Assembly: GCA_951406725.2 (NCBI GenBank)
Contig: OX597820.1
Location: 40,300,001-40,364,000 of the forward strand
DNA: 64,000 bases
Direction of reading: 5' to 3'
From: Octopus vulgaris
Taxonomy: Eukaryota
The translations under genes were made by a program, and so were the position numbers. The notes under the pieces were generated by a model. It was not told where the DNA came from. It saw only the letters and a program-made list of their open reading frames with translations, and ran no database searches. Positions 39,895 through 53,000 of the stretch are shown piece by piece (within the stretch, counting starts at the first letter, position 1; the number at the start of each line of letters is the position of its first letter).

Positions 39895-40052
39895 TCTGTA
39901 CTCTCTTTTACTCCTTTCTTTGTTTCAGTCATTTAACTTCGGCCATGCTGAAGAACCGCTAGGTTACGGGGGGCTTAAACACTCCACCGTCGGTTGTCAA
40001 GCGATGTTGGGGGGACTAATACAGACACACAAACACACACACACACACACAT

Positions 40053-40085
<33 letters not shown>

Positions 40086-40250
40086 CACATATACGACGGG
40101 CTTCTTTCAGTTTCCGTCTACCAGATCCACTCACAAGACTTTGGTCGGCCCGAGGCTATAGTAGAAGACAATTGTCTAAGGTCCCACTGCGTGGGACTGA
40201 ACCCGGAACCATGTAGTTCGCAAGCAAGCAACTTACCACACGGCCACTGT
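39895..40250 (-). mobile_element. SINE family A
   Basis: Reverse-complement match to 1-350. Confidence 0.85.
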
Positions 40251-40324
40251 GGTAAGTGGCCGTGTGGTAAGTTGCTTGCTTACGAACTACGTGGTTCCGG
40301 GTTCAGTCCCACTGCGTGGCACCT

Positions 40325-41460
40325 TAGACGTCTGGTAGTGGTGGTCACTGGAGCCACCTTCAAGGAAACACAAATAATGAGTGGCGTTCCACAGGACAGT
40401 GTTCTGGGGCCGCTGCTATTCATACTGGCTCTCTCTGACATGCTCTCAGCTGGTCAAGTAGCCACCCTTGCTAACTATGCAGACGATACCAAAGTATGTC
40501 GGAGAATACAGGAGACGTTGTACATATACAACGTGAGTTGAATTCAATTTACAGGTGGGCTGAGGAAAATAACATGCAGTTTAATACTGGAAAATAACAA
40601 GCACTTTGATACTGGAAAATTCCTACCAACAAAGGAAGTTCAATGAAAAGCAGATAGGATACATTGGTCCAGGAGGGATTCCAATACCCGAACCAAAATC
40701 AATGCTTGACCTGGGCATCGATTTGAATAGTGATGCATCTTTCCAGGTACACATTACGGAGTTGACAATAAAATACAGGCGCTTGACCGGATGGATCCTT
40801 CAAACTTTCAAAACAAGAGAAAAGGAAACTATGATGGTCCTCTGGAAGACTTTAGTCCTCAGCCCTCTGGATTACTGCTCCCATCTGTGGTCACTAAACA
40901 CTATAAAATTAAGAACGGAACTCGAGGTGATCCAACGAAGTTACACGAAGATCGAGACAATGTGACATATCAGCTACTGGGAGACACTGAAAGAGATTTA
41001 AGACTCTACTCTCTGGAATGAAGGCGGGAAAGATAGGTAGTAATATACATCTGGAAATTTCACGAAAAACATTTGCCTATTTTTGGCATTGTCAGTTACA
41101 TAAAAAGCAGGATGAGGCGCCACTGCATAGTACCAAAAATCGCAACATTGTTATTAGGATACAGAAATAGATGCTGCAACAGCTTGGGCTTCAAAGGCAC
41201 GCAGCTCTTCAATATCCTCCTACGAAGCCTGAGAGAATTATATGACGTGAATGTAAGCTTTTTCAGAACAAAGTGGATTTCCTTCTGTCAAGAGTTTCGG
41301 ATGAACCTACCAAAGAAACACAGATGAGGGCAACAACGTCAAACTCCCTCATCCACCAAATATCACACATCATAGGAGGTTTAGTGAAAGTGTAGCAAAG
41401 TAAATGGTGGTGCTCCAGGATGGCCGCAGTCATTGAACTGAAACTTAACGAAACAAAACA
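40325..41460 (+). mobile_element. Older 5'-truncated copy related to the 33981-37437 CR1 family
   Basis: TQIMSGVPQDSVLGPLLFILALSDM..NYADDTKV and TMMVLWKTLVLSPLDYCSHLWS; ends GGTGGTGCTCCAGGATGGCCGCAGTC; many stops. Confidence 0.9.
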
Positions 41461-44060
41461 AAAATTTACAAAAATACCTACTGACCAAATTGTTTTTTTA
41501 AATGTACAGAATTTGTTCCTCGTCTTGTAAGACATTATGATGTATACAAACGCGTAATTTCTAAAACTAAGATGTAAAATCATTGTTTAACCTGAAATCA
41601 ACACTTTTAGTATCATGATAGATGTGTACCTATCACCCTCGCGGTAGATTCTGTATTATAAGTTATCGTAATATACATAATGCAGAAAGCATGTCTACTG
41701 CTACGCATAGTATGCCAGATAAAAGCATAGCAGCAAATAGCACGAAGTTCTGAATACCAATAGCGTTAGATTTTAAAACAAAATTACTGAAAAATTCATC
41801 AATAGCAAATGTCCTTAACACACCTTACTAGCATAACTAGCATTAAGCAAGAAGTAAAAATAATTTTGATGGAAGTTGTTGCATCGGTATCATGCAAAAC
41901 CAAAGTGTAAATAGTTTCATTCTAAGGCAATGTTTGAAAGAATTTATAGAAAATGAGGCCGAATTTGACATGTTAGTGCTCAAAATAATTTTCGATGTCA
42001 AGCTTAGCATAAAAAAGACTCTCATATAAATAAATTACGACGAGTCTGATTCGAAAAGATAACGAAAGTAAAAAATAAAAAATAAAAAAGCCATAAATCA
42101 ACAATGACTTCAGCTATGTAAATTATTCCTTGCAGGTAAATGATTCAGCCAGAAACTCATGGTCTTAGCTAGTTTTCTAATTAAAGATTCCTGAGCAGGG
42201 ATATTTAAATGGTGAATGACTTGTAAGTTTTTGTCTATTATGATATATACACGGGTAGAATATGTACATTAGATACATCCTGTAAATAGTAATTTACCAC
42301 ATTAGTACATTTTAGTATGTTTAGTACTAACTATCACATTGTGGTTAACATGATAAATTTAATTAATCAAGAAAGCAATACCCATGTCGAGGAGAGATAT
42401 GCACCAGTAAGCAATGCTTAGTAACCAAGTAAAAGTATGGGAGAAAGCTAAAAAAAAAGCGATGAAATTTTCTTGTTTACGGCCAAACACAGCAAACATT
42501 ACACTAAACATTACAAACATAATATTAATACCATTGTATGAATAATCGTCTAACAGTACATGCTTGGATATTCCCCAGCTGAAGAACCTTAAAATTCTTA
42601 GAAACAATATCAGCTTTAAAAAACAACACTGTGTTGTAATGGTGAAAAACAGCCTGATTCTAAATTATGCAAATAAAAGCTAGGACCATTCTGATACACC
42701 AGCGATGCTTCGTCTATGTTACAATGCAAAATGTCTTGGTTACTTTGCATTGCAAATTACTTTAATCCTCCAAATAATAGTTCGTTTTATGTCATGACAT
42801 TTGGAAAATACTGGTGGAAAAATAAAAGAAACGCAGCAACAGTTTTTGAAATCATGGTGCCAGCAGCCACCAATTCCTCTTCGGTCATATTCTTTCAAAA
42901 GTAACAATGGAGAACAGAGAGGGAGACGGAATGGCATAGAGAATAAAAAGATGAAAAGCCGAAGAGAGAAGAGTGACATGAAAAGAAAACATTGTTTAGA
43001 AAAAGAGGTGGATTAAAACAAAATTCTACAACTTTAGCGATACGGGGAGATTACTATACGTTGTGTGCTGAAGAATCAGCTGGGAAATCGATGCTATTTT
43101 AGACAACACAAAAGAAAGAATTTTCGATTCCCGCTTACAGTTTCAGAGTATTCATTTACAAAATATGGTTTTTCTCTAACCTCATAGCATCCAGTATTTG
43201 TTAGATACTGAGAACGAGAAAATATTGATTGATGTTTGTAGTGACATTTAAATATATTTCTTGGAAATTTTACAGCATTTTACCATTTATAATGACATGT
43301 TTGGTGTAGCAGTTATTATGCTTTGGGTTACCAACCTTATTGCTGTATGTGTATAAATATATTAAATAAAAACTAGAAGTCAATTGATATTATATATTTC
43401 ACAATACGTTGTTTTTCTTTGTTCCACAAATATGTATTTCCTTCTTATTTTCTTTACAGTTTAAAACATTTTTTAATCTTGCAAACTAATGTGATATTTT
43501 CTACGAAGTTTCTCTAAGTCTAGTCATTCTTCTATATGTGCTTTGAGATGGCGCGTCTTTATTATTGGCAACTTCGTTGTCCAGTATAATCGACAAGTGT
43601 ATTGTACATTACTTTCTATTTGTTGTACTTATGGGTGTATTTTTATTATTTGTGTTTTAATGGTTGCATTTTTAATAACCTCATTTTTCGTGTTGGCTTT
43701 TTCGCTCTCATGATTGCTTCCATTTGTTTTTAATACTACTATTTGTTTTTTCTACTATTATCGATTTCCACATTTCTTTTTCGCAAACACACTCGAACAT
43801 ACACATACACATGCACATATATACACGGACACGTCTACACATATAATCATACTGACAGAGAGTCACAAACACACGCGTGCACACACACACACACACACAC
43901 CCACACACACTCACATATATATATATAAACACATCGCTCTCCATATCTATTTCTTTTTATACTAGCTGCTTTCTTATTTAAAACTATCATTTCATGCAAG
44001 CGCTTAGTACTAATGGCAAATGATATCTAGTTAGTTACTGCCATCCTATATATGCATACA

Positions 44061-44112
<52 letters not shown>

Positions 44113-44115
<3 letters not shown>

Positions 44116-44308
44116 CGTTTTTGGATTTGGTTTGCAAGATTCTTTATGAGTTCGTGTGTTGAAGCATATTCTGTTGTGTCTGGGGAGAGTCATTCTATTT
44201 TAGTGCCTTATTATTTAACACACTCACCGGTAAAATTTCCACTTATTTCTTATTTTTATTTTCTAAAGTTTTCCTTGCGTCTTGCAACCTTTTCAATAGT
44301 CTTGACTC
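44113..44308 (-). mobile_element. Short (TA)n-flanked repeat, possible Penelope-type terminal fragment
   Basis: Flanked by TA runs; minus strand CTATTGAAAAGGTTGCAAGACGCAAGGAAAACTTTAG resembles a variant hammerhead core. Confidence 0.35.
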
Positions 44309-45246
44309 TATATATGCATATATATTTTGTGCCAAAATTTTAAGTCACGTAGAAGAAAAAAAGAAAAATATACGAAAATTTACACATTTTAAAGTTGTGT
44401 ACATTTGTGTATATGCGTGGGTGTATGTGCGTGATTGCACATGCACACACAAACATATTCAAAAAGAGGGGGTGAGAGAAAGTAAGGGAGAAAGAGAAAG
44501 GGTGAGAGAAAGTAAGGGAGAAAGAGAGGGGGAGAGAAAGATAGATGAACAGAGACAGAGAGAGAGAGAGAAGGAGAGAAAGGTGGAGAGAGGAGGAGAG
44601 AAAGGTGGAGAGAGTGAGAGAGAGAGATACATACAGATATACATAAAAAGCATGCAACGTGGAGAAATAAAGCTTCCGACAACGTTGTGCTTCTAAATAG
44701 TTCTGAGGTAATTTCTCTATGATAATGACATTCCCAACATGACCTCTATGGGTATTTCCCTACTGATGTGACCTCTGAATATGTGGTATTTTGCACTTTC
44801 TCTTTTCTTATATTTACGCACCTAGTTCTAATTACCCAATTCTCTCCCTGTTCCTTATTTCTCTCTCTCCTTTCTTTCTTTCGTTCTTTCTTTCTTTCTA
44901 TAATTTCTTAAGGCTTTTGTCCTAATGGTAACGGATCACAATTTTGGTTTATCATATTTTTATTGCTGACATTGTTTAGCCTAATTTAATTTGTCTTTCG
45001 TTTGCGTGGATCATGCCTTGTATTTACACCTGTCGTTCGTCGCCGGTAAGTGCAAATATTATGAATTCACAACTTTAGGAAATGCTAATGAAAAAAAAAA
45101 AAAACTGATCTATTGTTTTATTCCCTTTTTTACATCTAGTTTGTTTTATTTTCTTATTATTCTGGCGGCGTGAATAAATATTTGCACAGCGCTAACACTG
45201 CACCGTAGACAGCAGCAGCATAAGTAGTAGCAGTAGTAGTAGTAGT

Positions 45247-45317
<71 letters not shown>

Positions 45318-45539
45318 CAGCTGCAGCAGTAGTAGTAGCTGCAGTAGTAGTAGTAAGTGGTGGTGGTGATGGTAGTGGTGGTGATGATAGTAGTAGTAGT
45401 AGTTATATAAATGGCAGAAGTAATACCACCGGCATCATAACAGACAGCAGTAGCCTCAACATGATCGGGGCACTGACACCAATCCTGCTCTGGTTAACTT
45501 CGCCGTCCACCGTTCGTTGTACTTAAAGTTCTAGTAAAC

Positions 45540-45592
<53 letters not shown>

Positions 45593-45594
<2 letters not shown>

Positions 45595-45882
45595 AGGCGC
45601 AATGGCTCTGTGGTTAAGACAGCGGACTCGCGGTCGGAGGATCGCGGTTTCGATTACCAGACCGGGCGTTGTCTATGTTTATTGAACGAAAACATCTTAA
45701 GCTCTACGAAGCACCGGCAGGGTGTGCTGGCGATCGCTGTTGTACTCTTGCGCCCCAACTTTCTCTCACTCTTTCTTGAGTAACGCTGCGATGGACTGGT
45801 GTCCCGTCCAGCTGGGGGGAACACATACGCCACAGAAACCGGGAGACAGGACCCATGAACCTGGCTAGGCTTGAAAAGGGTG

Positions 45883-45885
<3 letters not shown>
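45593..45885 (+). mobile_element. tRNA-derived SINE family B, tail type 1
   Basis: GGAGGCGCAATGGCTCTGTGGTTAAG (A-box) and GGTTTCGATTACC (B-box); tail CTGCGATGGACTGGTGTCCCGTCCAG. Confidence 0.85.
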
Positions 45886-45946
<61 letters not shown>

Positions 45947-46211
45947 CTTGTAACGCAGACTTAATGCGTACGAAATATACTGCAAATATACCAAAACTAA
46001 TATCAATAACTGTAAAAAGCCTTCACCATTCCCCTTTAAATAACCGGCAAACAAAAAGAAAAAAAAAGGAAACTAGGTACATACATATTCAAAAACACAG
46101 ATGCACAAACCCATACTTACCATTACACATATTGTGTGTGTATATATATGCATATTTATATATATATGTACATATATATGTATGTATATATATATATATA
46201 TACGCATATAC

Positions 46212-46271
<60 letters not shown>

Positions 46272-46983
46272 TACATATATATATATGTGTGTACATATAT
46301 GTATGTATACGACTACACACAAGCACATACAAACGTACATGCACATACACACACACACGTACACACACACATATATATTTATACATATCATGTATTCATG
46401 ATTATATATTTCTAGGTGCAAAATCCCTTGAATGAAGAAAGAATAAAAGCAGCATGAATAACTTTGATCACAGAGCCGTTGAATGAGTTCTACCTGGAGC
46501 TAGAAAACAACACCAACAAAGTCAGCAAGGACGCCAGCAACAGTACATTTTATAATCAGCAGAGGATTCCCTGCGTGCTTTCTCAAGCTGCTAGACTTCA
46601 TATAGAATCTCCTTGGAATCACAACATACCGGAACGATGATACATTGGCTAATGTTTATCTAGACACACTATGTAGTCACAATAAGCGATGGAAATGCCC
46701 TTAGATCAAAAGGTTATGCGATTAGCTTTTACCTGGAGCTAAATAAATATAATATCTTAAATTATGTATTTTCGCTTGTTTCTTTTTTCATTTTTATTTT
46801 ACATTTAAGACAGCTAGAGAGTGTTTTGAAGGCGATCTTTCTTATATTTCTACCAGGCTCACTGGCTTCTGTTATTGTCATCTCGCCATTAACAACACTG
46901 CCTATAACACCAAGAACAGGCATACCACAAGTAACTCCAAGTGTACTCTGTAGTTGTCTCCGTTATGTTCACTATGATATTGA

Positions 46984-47378
46984 TTTCTACTCTAGGCACA
47001 AAGACCGAAATTTTGGGGGAGGTGCCAGTCGATACGATCGCCCCCTAGTATGCAATTGGTACTTAATTTATCGACCCCGAAATGAAGACATGCAAAGTCG
47101 ACCTTTGCGGAATTTGAACTCAGAACGTCAAGACAGACGAAATACCTATTTCTTTACTACCCACAAGGAGATAAACACAGAGAGGACAAACAAGGACAGA
47201 CAAACGGATTAAATCGATTATATCGACCCAGTGCGTAATTGGTACTTATTTAATCGACCCCGAAAGGATGAAAGGCAATGTCGACCTCGTAGGCATTTGA
47301 ACTCAGAACGTAGCTGCAGACGAAATACTGCTAAGCATTTCGCCCGGCGTGCTAACGTTTCTGCCAGCCCGCCGCCTT
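46984..47378 (-). mobile_element. SINE family M dimer
   Basis: Two tandem B-box + core units (~47040-47140 and ~47220-47378). Confidence 0.85.
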
Positions 47379-47379
47379 A

Positions 47380-47520
47380 TGCTTAGTATAATATTAGTGA
47401 TCCAACAGCGTTAGTTATGTTCACAATAATATTAGAGATCCAACAGAGTTAGTTGTGTTCGCTATAATGTTAGCAATCGAACATAGTTATATTCTCTATA
47501 ATCTTAACGATCCAACATAA
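47380..47520. repeat. ~37-bp minisatellite (TTAGTTATGTTCACTATAATATTAGTGATCCAACAG-like), interrupted by a SINE
   Basis: About four degenerate units, plus a partial unit at ~46962-46983 on the other side of the SINE. Confidence 0.7.
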
Positions 47521-48002
47521 TCATTCAATCGACTAATAATTACAATGTCATCTTCATCATATAAGTATATATAGACGGGAGCAGATAATAATTATATCAC
47601 AGAAATCGAATTTGTATCAGTGTATATGAAATGAAGAAGTGACACACATATTTGAGGCAACGTTTGTCATATATTGAATATAGATATACTATGGCGGATA
47701 TGTAAGACATTCACAAGAGAAAGTGAAGTGAATATATGAAGTGAGCTCAAACCTTAAGAATTTATCTACGAATAAGAGGTCTGGTTCAATTGATAGTACT
47801 ACGTTTCAATGAAACCACCAACACGTCTTACAACGGAATGACATTGTCAATACCGGCACTATTCTTGCAACAAACACCATCAACAGTTTCAACACCATTA
47901 ATACCGCAATTACCAGCAACCTCATCGGTGCTACCGCTGCTGCTGTTGCTGTTGAGCGAACGGTCTTCGTCCCAGACCTCGCAAGATGGGAGAAGTCTGA
48001 AA

Positions 48003-48318
48003 ATGGTCCTTTGCTATTCGTAAGACCCACAGAAGAGAAAGCGGGTCAACCCCCAACACCGAGAGCTGCGACGGATGGATGAATGCGCATCCAAGCTCAG
48101 CGGTTGCGTAGGAAGTCGGGGACAAGAAACAGGAAGAAAGAGAGAGAGAAAGTTGGGGCGAAAGCGTACAACAGAGGTCGCTACCACCCCGTGCAAGAGC
48201 CTCGTAGAGCTTTAGGTGTTTTCGCTCAATAAACACACATAACGCCCGATCTGGGAATCGAAACCGCGATCCTCCGACCGCGAGTCCGCTGCCCTAACCA
48301 CTGGGCCATTGCGCCTCC
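48003..48318 (-). mobile_element. SINE family B, tail type 2
   Basis: Head matches 45593 and 60350; the tail is unrelated. Confidence 0.85.
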
Positions 48319-48369
48319 TTACTGCTGATTACTCCGTACTCATTACTGCTGATTATTGCTACTTAACTA

Positions 48370-48800
48370 TAAAGCGGTGGACTAGGAGAATCGTTAGCAT
48401 GCTGGAAGAATGCATAGCGGCGTTATGTCCGGGTTTATGTTCTGAGCGCAAATTCCAACGAGGTAGAGTTTGCCTTTCATCATTTCGTGGGCGATAAAGT
48501 AAGTACCAGAAATATAATGAGGTCGATGTAATCGACTTCCCCTGCCCTCAAAAGCTGCTGGCTCTGTACCAAAATTTGAAACCCTTTTTATATATAAGAC
48601 GACGAGCAGGCAGAATCATTAGCACGTTGGATAAAATGTTAGCGTCATTTTGCCCATCTTTATGTCCTGAGTTCAAATTCCGTCGGGATTGACTTTATTT
48701 TCGTCCTTTCGTTGATCGATAATGTAAGTAGTAGTTGAACTCTAGGGATGATCTTACCCTTACCCCTACAAATGTATGCCTGGTGCCAAAATTTGAAACC
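48370..48800 (+). mobile_element. Two tandem old family M SINE monomers
   Basis: Two degenerate AGAATCGTTAGCA...GCCTTTCATC...CCAAAATTTGAAACC units. Confidence 0.65.
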
Positions 48801-50349
48801 ATTATTACTTAGCAGCTGGGTTCATTTTATCCACCAAAATAGTACCCAAATTTCGTTAGAATTACACAGAATGAGCTTTAAAACAGAGGGAAATATTGTA
48901 TAAAGATATGTAAAAGTAGCAACGGTGATTGAAGGGTGATGCTGGGTATGGATTTAATATTTTTTCCATTGAGTTTATTCGGTCATCGCTGACTTGGGGG
49001 CTAAATAATAACACCATAAGCGACAACGCGGCCACCATAACTTTACACACCTCACCAATATCACCTTCACTATACGCGGACATACTCACACACTCGCATA
49101 AGCATATATACAACAATAATAATAAGGCTAACCTCGCGAGCACTTTCATTGTAAAACCATCGCTTCGACACGTGTGGCATAACACGCTATGTTAACTTCA
49201 ACAGATCTTTCTCAGACATACACTTACCCACAATATACGATACTACAACAACCACTTGTCAAACAGTTCCATTTTATTTTTGTCAGGGCACCCTAACAAT
49301 TATCATCACAATTATAATCATATGTCCATAAAGAAAGCAACAATATATTCATAAAGCAACATCACTTGTACACTTAGTTATGAAAACTCTCATGCTATGC
49401 GTTTAATAAAATAAAACAGTTGCTTTCTACACAAACCTAAACACTACAGAAAATACATTCAATAAATAATTATAGACACATCTACAAAACATATCTCATA
49501 AAATAAAGTATAAAATACAACTCCTAATTACACTCCGGAAATGCCATTCCCATAAACAAAATGTCGCAGAGAACGTGAAACATAATACAAAATAAGTACA
49601 CAAACTTCAGCATCAAAGAAATAACTAGAAAAAAATTGTCACAAAAATATCTTGGCACGAATATAACTAAAATAAATAACTAAAATACTGAAACACTATA
49701 TACAATAATTAGCAACAACACATCACCTACAATGGCCATGCCACAACCATGTCAGCATAAGAAACTCAAATATTATACTCACACATAAACAACAAACCAA
49801 TGTCTTTATCAAATATTTCCAAAAAAAATTTCCACGCTATAACCGCACATAGAAAATATATATACTAACCAAAAAATATGTACCCTTCACAAAGATCATG
49901 ATTTTGATCCCTTCCATCCCGCAACCACCAAAAAAGTAATAAAGAAATGTAAAAGCTCAGAAAAATCATTTCCGACCAAAATCACAACATAAAAATAGGC
50001 ATAGAATCAGATGGAATCACTGTACTTACATCTTCAAAAAATCTAAAACGATTAATGTTTACTACCATTAACTGACACATCGTCTTCTCCAGATCACAAC
50101 ACATAATGAGACCATTACATTCAACCATTACACTTCCCATAAATTGTACACCGAAAATATATGATAGATTTAACAATAACGCATGTAATTTTATCTATCA
50201 TTGACACCAACAAATCTTTAGGACGTACTAAATCCACCATCTCCCTCCACGCAACACTGGGTAGCATGAAATGCAAACAGTTATTGCCTTAATGTTCATA
50301 AATATGTCGAATTCACAAAAATGGGAAAAAAAGCTCTTAAACAAAATAA

Positions 50350-50937
50350 ATAGATTTCAAATTTAGGCACATGGTCAGCAGAATCGGGAAAGGGGTTAAG
50401 TTTATTACATCGACCACAGTGGCACTTATTTTGTCAACCTCAAAAGATGAAAGGTAAAGCCGACTCCGGCTGAATTTGAACTCAGAAACGTGAAGACGGA
50501 CAAAATGACGCTAAGCATTTTGCCCGACGTGCTAACGATTCTTTTCTATACTAGGCACAAGGCCCGAAATTTTGGAGGAGGGGAACAGTCGAGCAGATCG
50601 ACGCCAATACGCAACTGGTACTTAATTTATCGACCCCGGAAGGATAACATGCAAAGTCGACCTCGGCGGTGTTTGAATTCAGTACGTAAAGACAGACGAA
50701 ATACCTATTTCTTTACTATCCATAAGGAGCTAAACACAGAGAGGACAAACAAGGAGAGACAAACTGATCAAGTTGATTATATCGACTCCAGTGCGTAACT
50801 GCTACTTATTTAATCGACCCCCGAAAAGATGAAAGGCAAAGTCGACCTCGGCGGAATTTGAACTCAGAACGTAGCGGCAGCCGAAATACTGCAAAGCATT
50901 ACGCCCGGCGTGCTAACGATTCTGCCAGCTCGCCACC
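50350..50937 (-). mobile_element. Family M SINE dimer joined to an older family M copy
   Basis: Three core units at ~50440, ~50640 and ~50830. Confidence 0.8.
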
Positions 50938-50953
50938 TGACATATTGACGCTA

Positions 50954-51236
50954 TCTACTATAATAATACACTTGTGTTTTTCTCCGTCACAACATATGAG
51001 TCTACGATTAAAAAAAAAATTACCATCAATTTTTCCCATTTTTAATGCATTTTTGGCATATATAAGGGAAGTAACTCTCTAAAAATTTATTATTAAATCT
51101 CAGAACGTAAAAAGCTACAGTAACACCCCCCTTTGTGGTTAGCCATATTGAGATGGCTATTATACTTTACATCTTTAAAAATGCTTATATAGTTATTTCC
51201 CTTACAAACCCGAGCAACGCCGGGCGATACTGCTAG
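50954..51236 (+). mobile_element. Non-autonomous Helitron
   Basis: 5' A|TCTACTATAAT; 3' GC-rich hairpin CCCGAGCAACGCCGGG about 8 nt upstream of CTAG|T. Confidence 0.78.
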
Positions 51237-52679
51237 TCTACTATAATTGCAGAGGAAGAGCAACTACTGCATTCTAATGAGGCCATAATGTTTCCGTCCG
51301 CTGTAGACAACAAGAGAATTATCAGAGGTAGAAAATACACTCGGTAGTGGAGTAAAAACTGTGAAGATTGTCACGAGATTCAACAATGCATGTCGGAGGG
51401 TTAATATCAGGAAACTGGATCGTTCGATCAAACATTATTGTTCGTCAGACTATCTACGCTCTACAGGATTGCACGATAAGAGTTGAACTGGGACTACACA
51501 GTTACAATAACGTATCATACGCAAACACATTCACATATCCACACATACACACGCGCACATTCATGCACTCATGAACGCACATGAGCGTATCAACACAAAC
51601 ACTGCGACACCATCACACGCTCTCATAAGACGAGCACGCATATCTACAGACTCTACACACACCACACACATCTGCACACAAACAGTCGTCTCATGTTTAA
51701 ACATTCGATAATTTTATTGCAACGCATTGGATCGATTCCAAATCGGAGTCAGTAGGACAAAAAACGAACAAACAAAAAAACTCACACTATCAATCAACTT
51801 CTTCACATACCCCTCTTCCTTTTCTCCCCTCCCTTACTCTGAAACCAATATACTCTCAAACCCCCTGCTCCATCAGCGATATCTGCCTTAACCCAAGCAC
51901 AAATTATTTTCGCTCACAACCCGAAATATCGGCCCTAGTTACAAATCCCGTGACTACGTTAGTGTCCAATTCATTGTACCACCTCTGACAGTATTCCCAA
52001 GTCTTCTATTGAATTAACTTCCTTCATTGTTTCTCTTTCTTTCCTACTTTTTTCGCCATTTTTTTTTATTTATTTATCATTTACTTTCTTTAAATTTCTC
52101 ATTTTTTTTTACAATGTTACTTTTTTTACTCTTTGTTCCTTTATTCATCCTTTACTCTTTCTTCGCTCCTCTATCTTTAGTTTTCTCATTCTAAATTGTT
52201 TCGTTGGTCTTAGCACATTTTTTTCCTCCTTCTTAATTGTTTTTTATTCCCATTCATTCAGCCTTTCCTCTTCTCTTCTGTTTTAATATTTTCATAATTT
52301 CTGCTTTATTACTTTTTTAATAAACCTTTTGAGTTGGTTGAATCATTAGAGCGTCAGTATAATTTTTTTATATTCAGAGTTCAAATCTCACTGAGATCAA
52401 CTTTGACTTGACTTTCAACTTTCGGGGTCGGTAAAATAAATTAACAGTCAAGTGCTAGGGTTTCATGTATCGAATAAAGACAGCAAAAAGAATACTGGCA
52501 TTGCTCTGAAACTAAAAACAATTGTTTATAAGAGTGGGGTATTGATAGCATCACCTGAGCATCGTAAACACTAACTTGCGTTATTTATTTCAGCTTTCTC
52601 AAGTCCAAACCGATGTCATCTACAAGTAGCCTCCATGCAACTTTGCTAATCTTGTGTCTAAATTAGAAATGAAATGCTT

Positions 52680-53000
52680 TTATCTTTTGTTGCGGTTACT
52701 TGACTGCAGCCATGGATGGATTTTAGTCGAACAAACCAACCCCAGGATTTATTTTTTAAAGCCTAGTGCTTATTCTGTCGGGCTCATTTGCCGAAACGAT
52801 AACTTACATAGACGTAAACACATAGATACCTGCAGTAGGTGTGTGTGTGTGGGGGGGGCAAACACATACACAAAGACACACACACACACACACATATATA
52901 TATAATATATAAATATATATTGGATTGGCTTCTTTCAGTTTCCTTCTACCAAGTCCATTGGAAAGATTTGGTTCGCCCGAGGATATAGTAGAAGACATTC
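52680..53000 (-). mobile_element. SINE family A, diverged
   Basis: TTGACTGCAGCCATGG...TAGTCGAACAAACC...GGCTTCTTTCAGTTTCC matches family A. Confidence 0.7.

Noticed and set aside
42136-42222. Plus-strand segment bounded by TTGCAG and GTAAGT
   Set aside because: Stop codons argue against coding and no linked exons were found; splice-like motifs are common in AT-rich DNA
46488-46745. Two minus-strand AG|CTCCAG|GT microexon-like sites (TACCTGGAGCTA twice)
   Set aside because: One 12-nt match at this spacing is plausible by chance in 64 kb, and there is no other support
47380-47520. ~37-bp repeats of CRISPR-like length
   Set aside because: No spacers; a plain degenerate minisatellite
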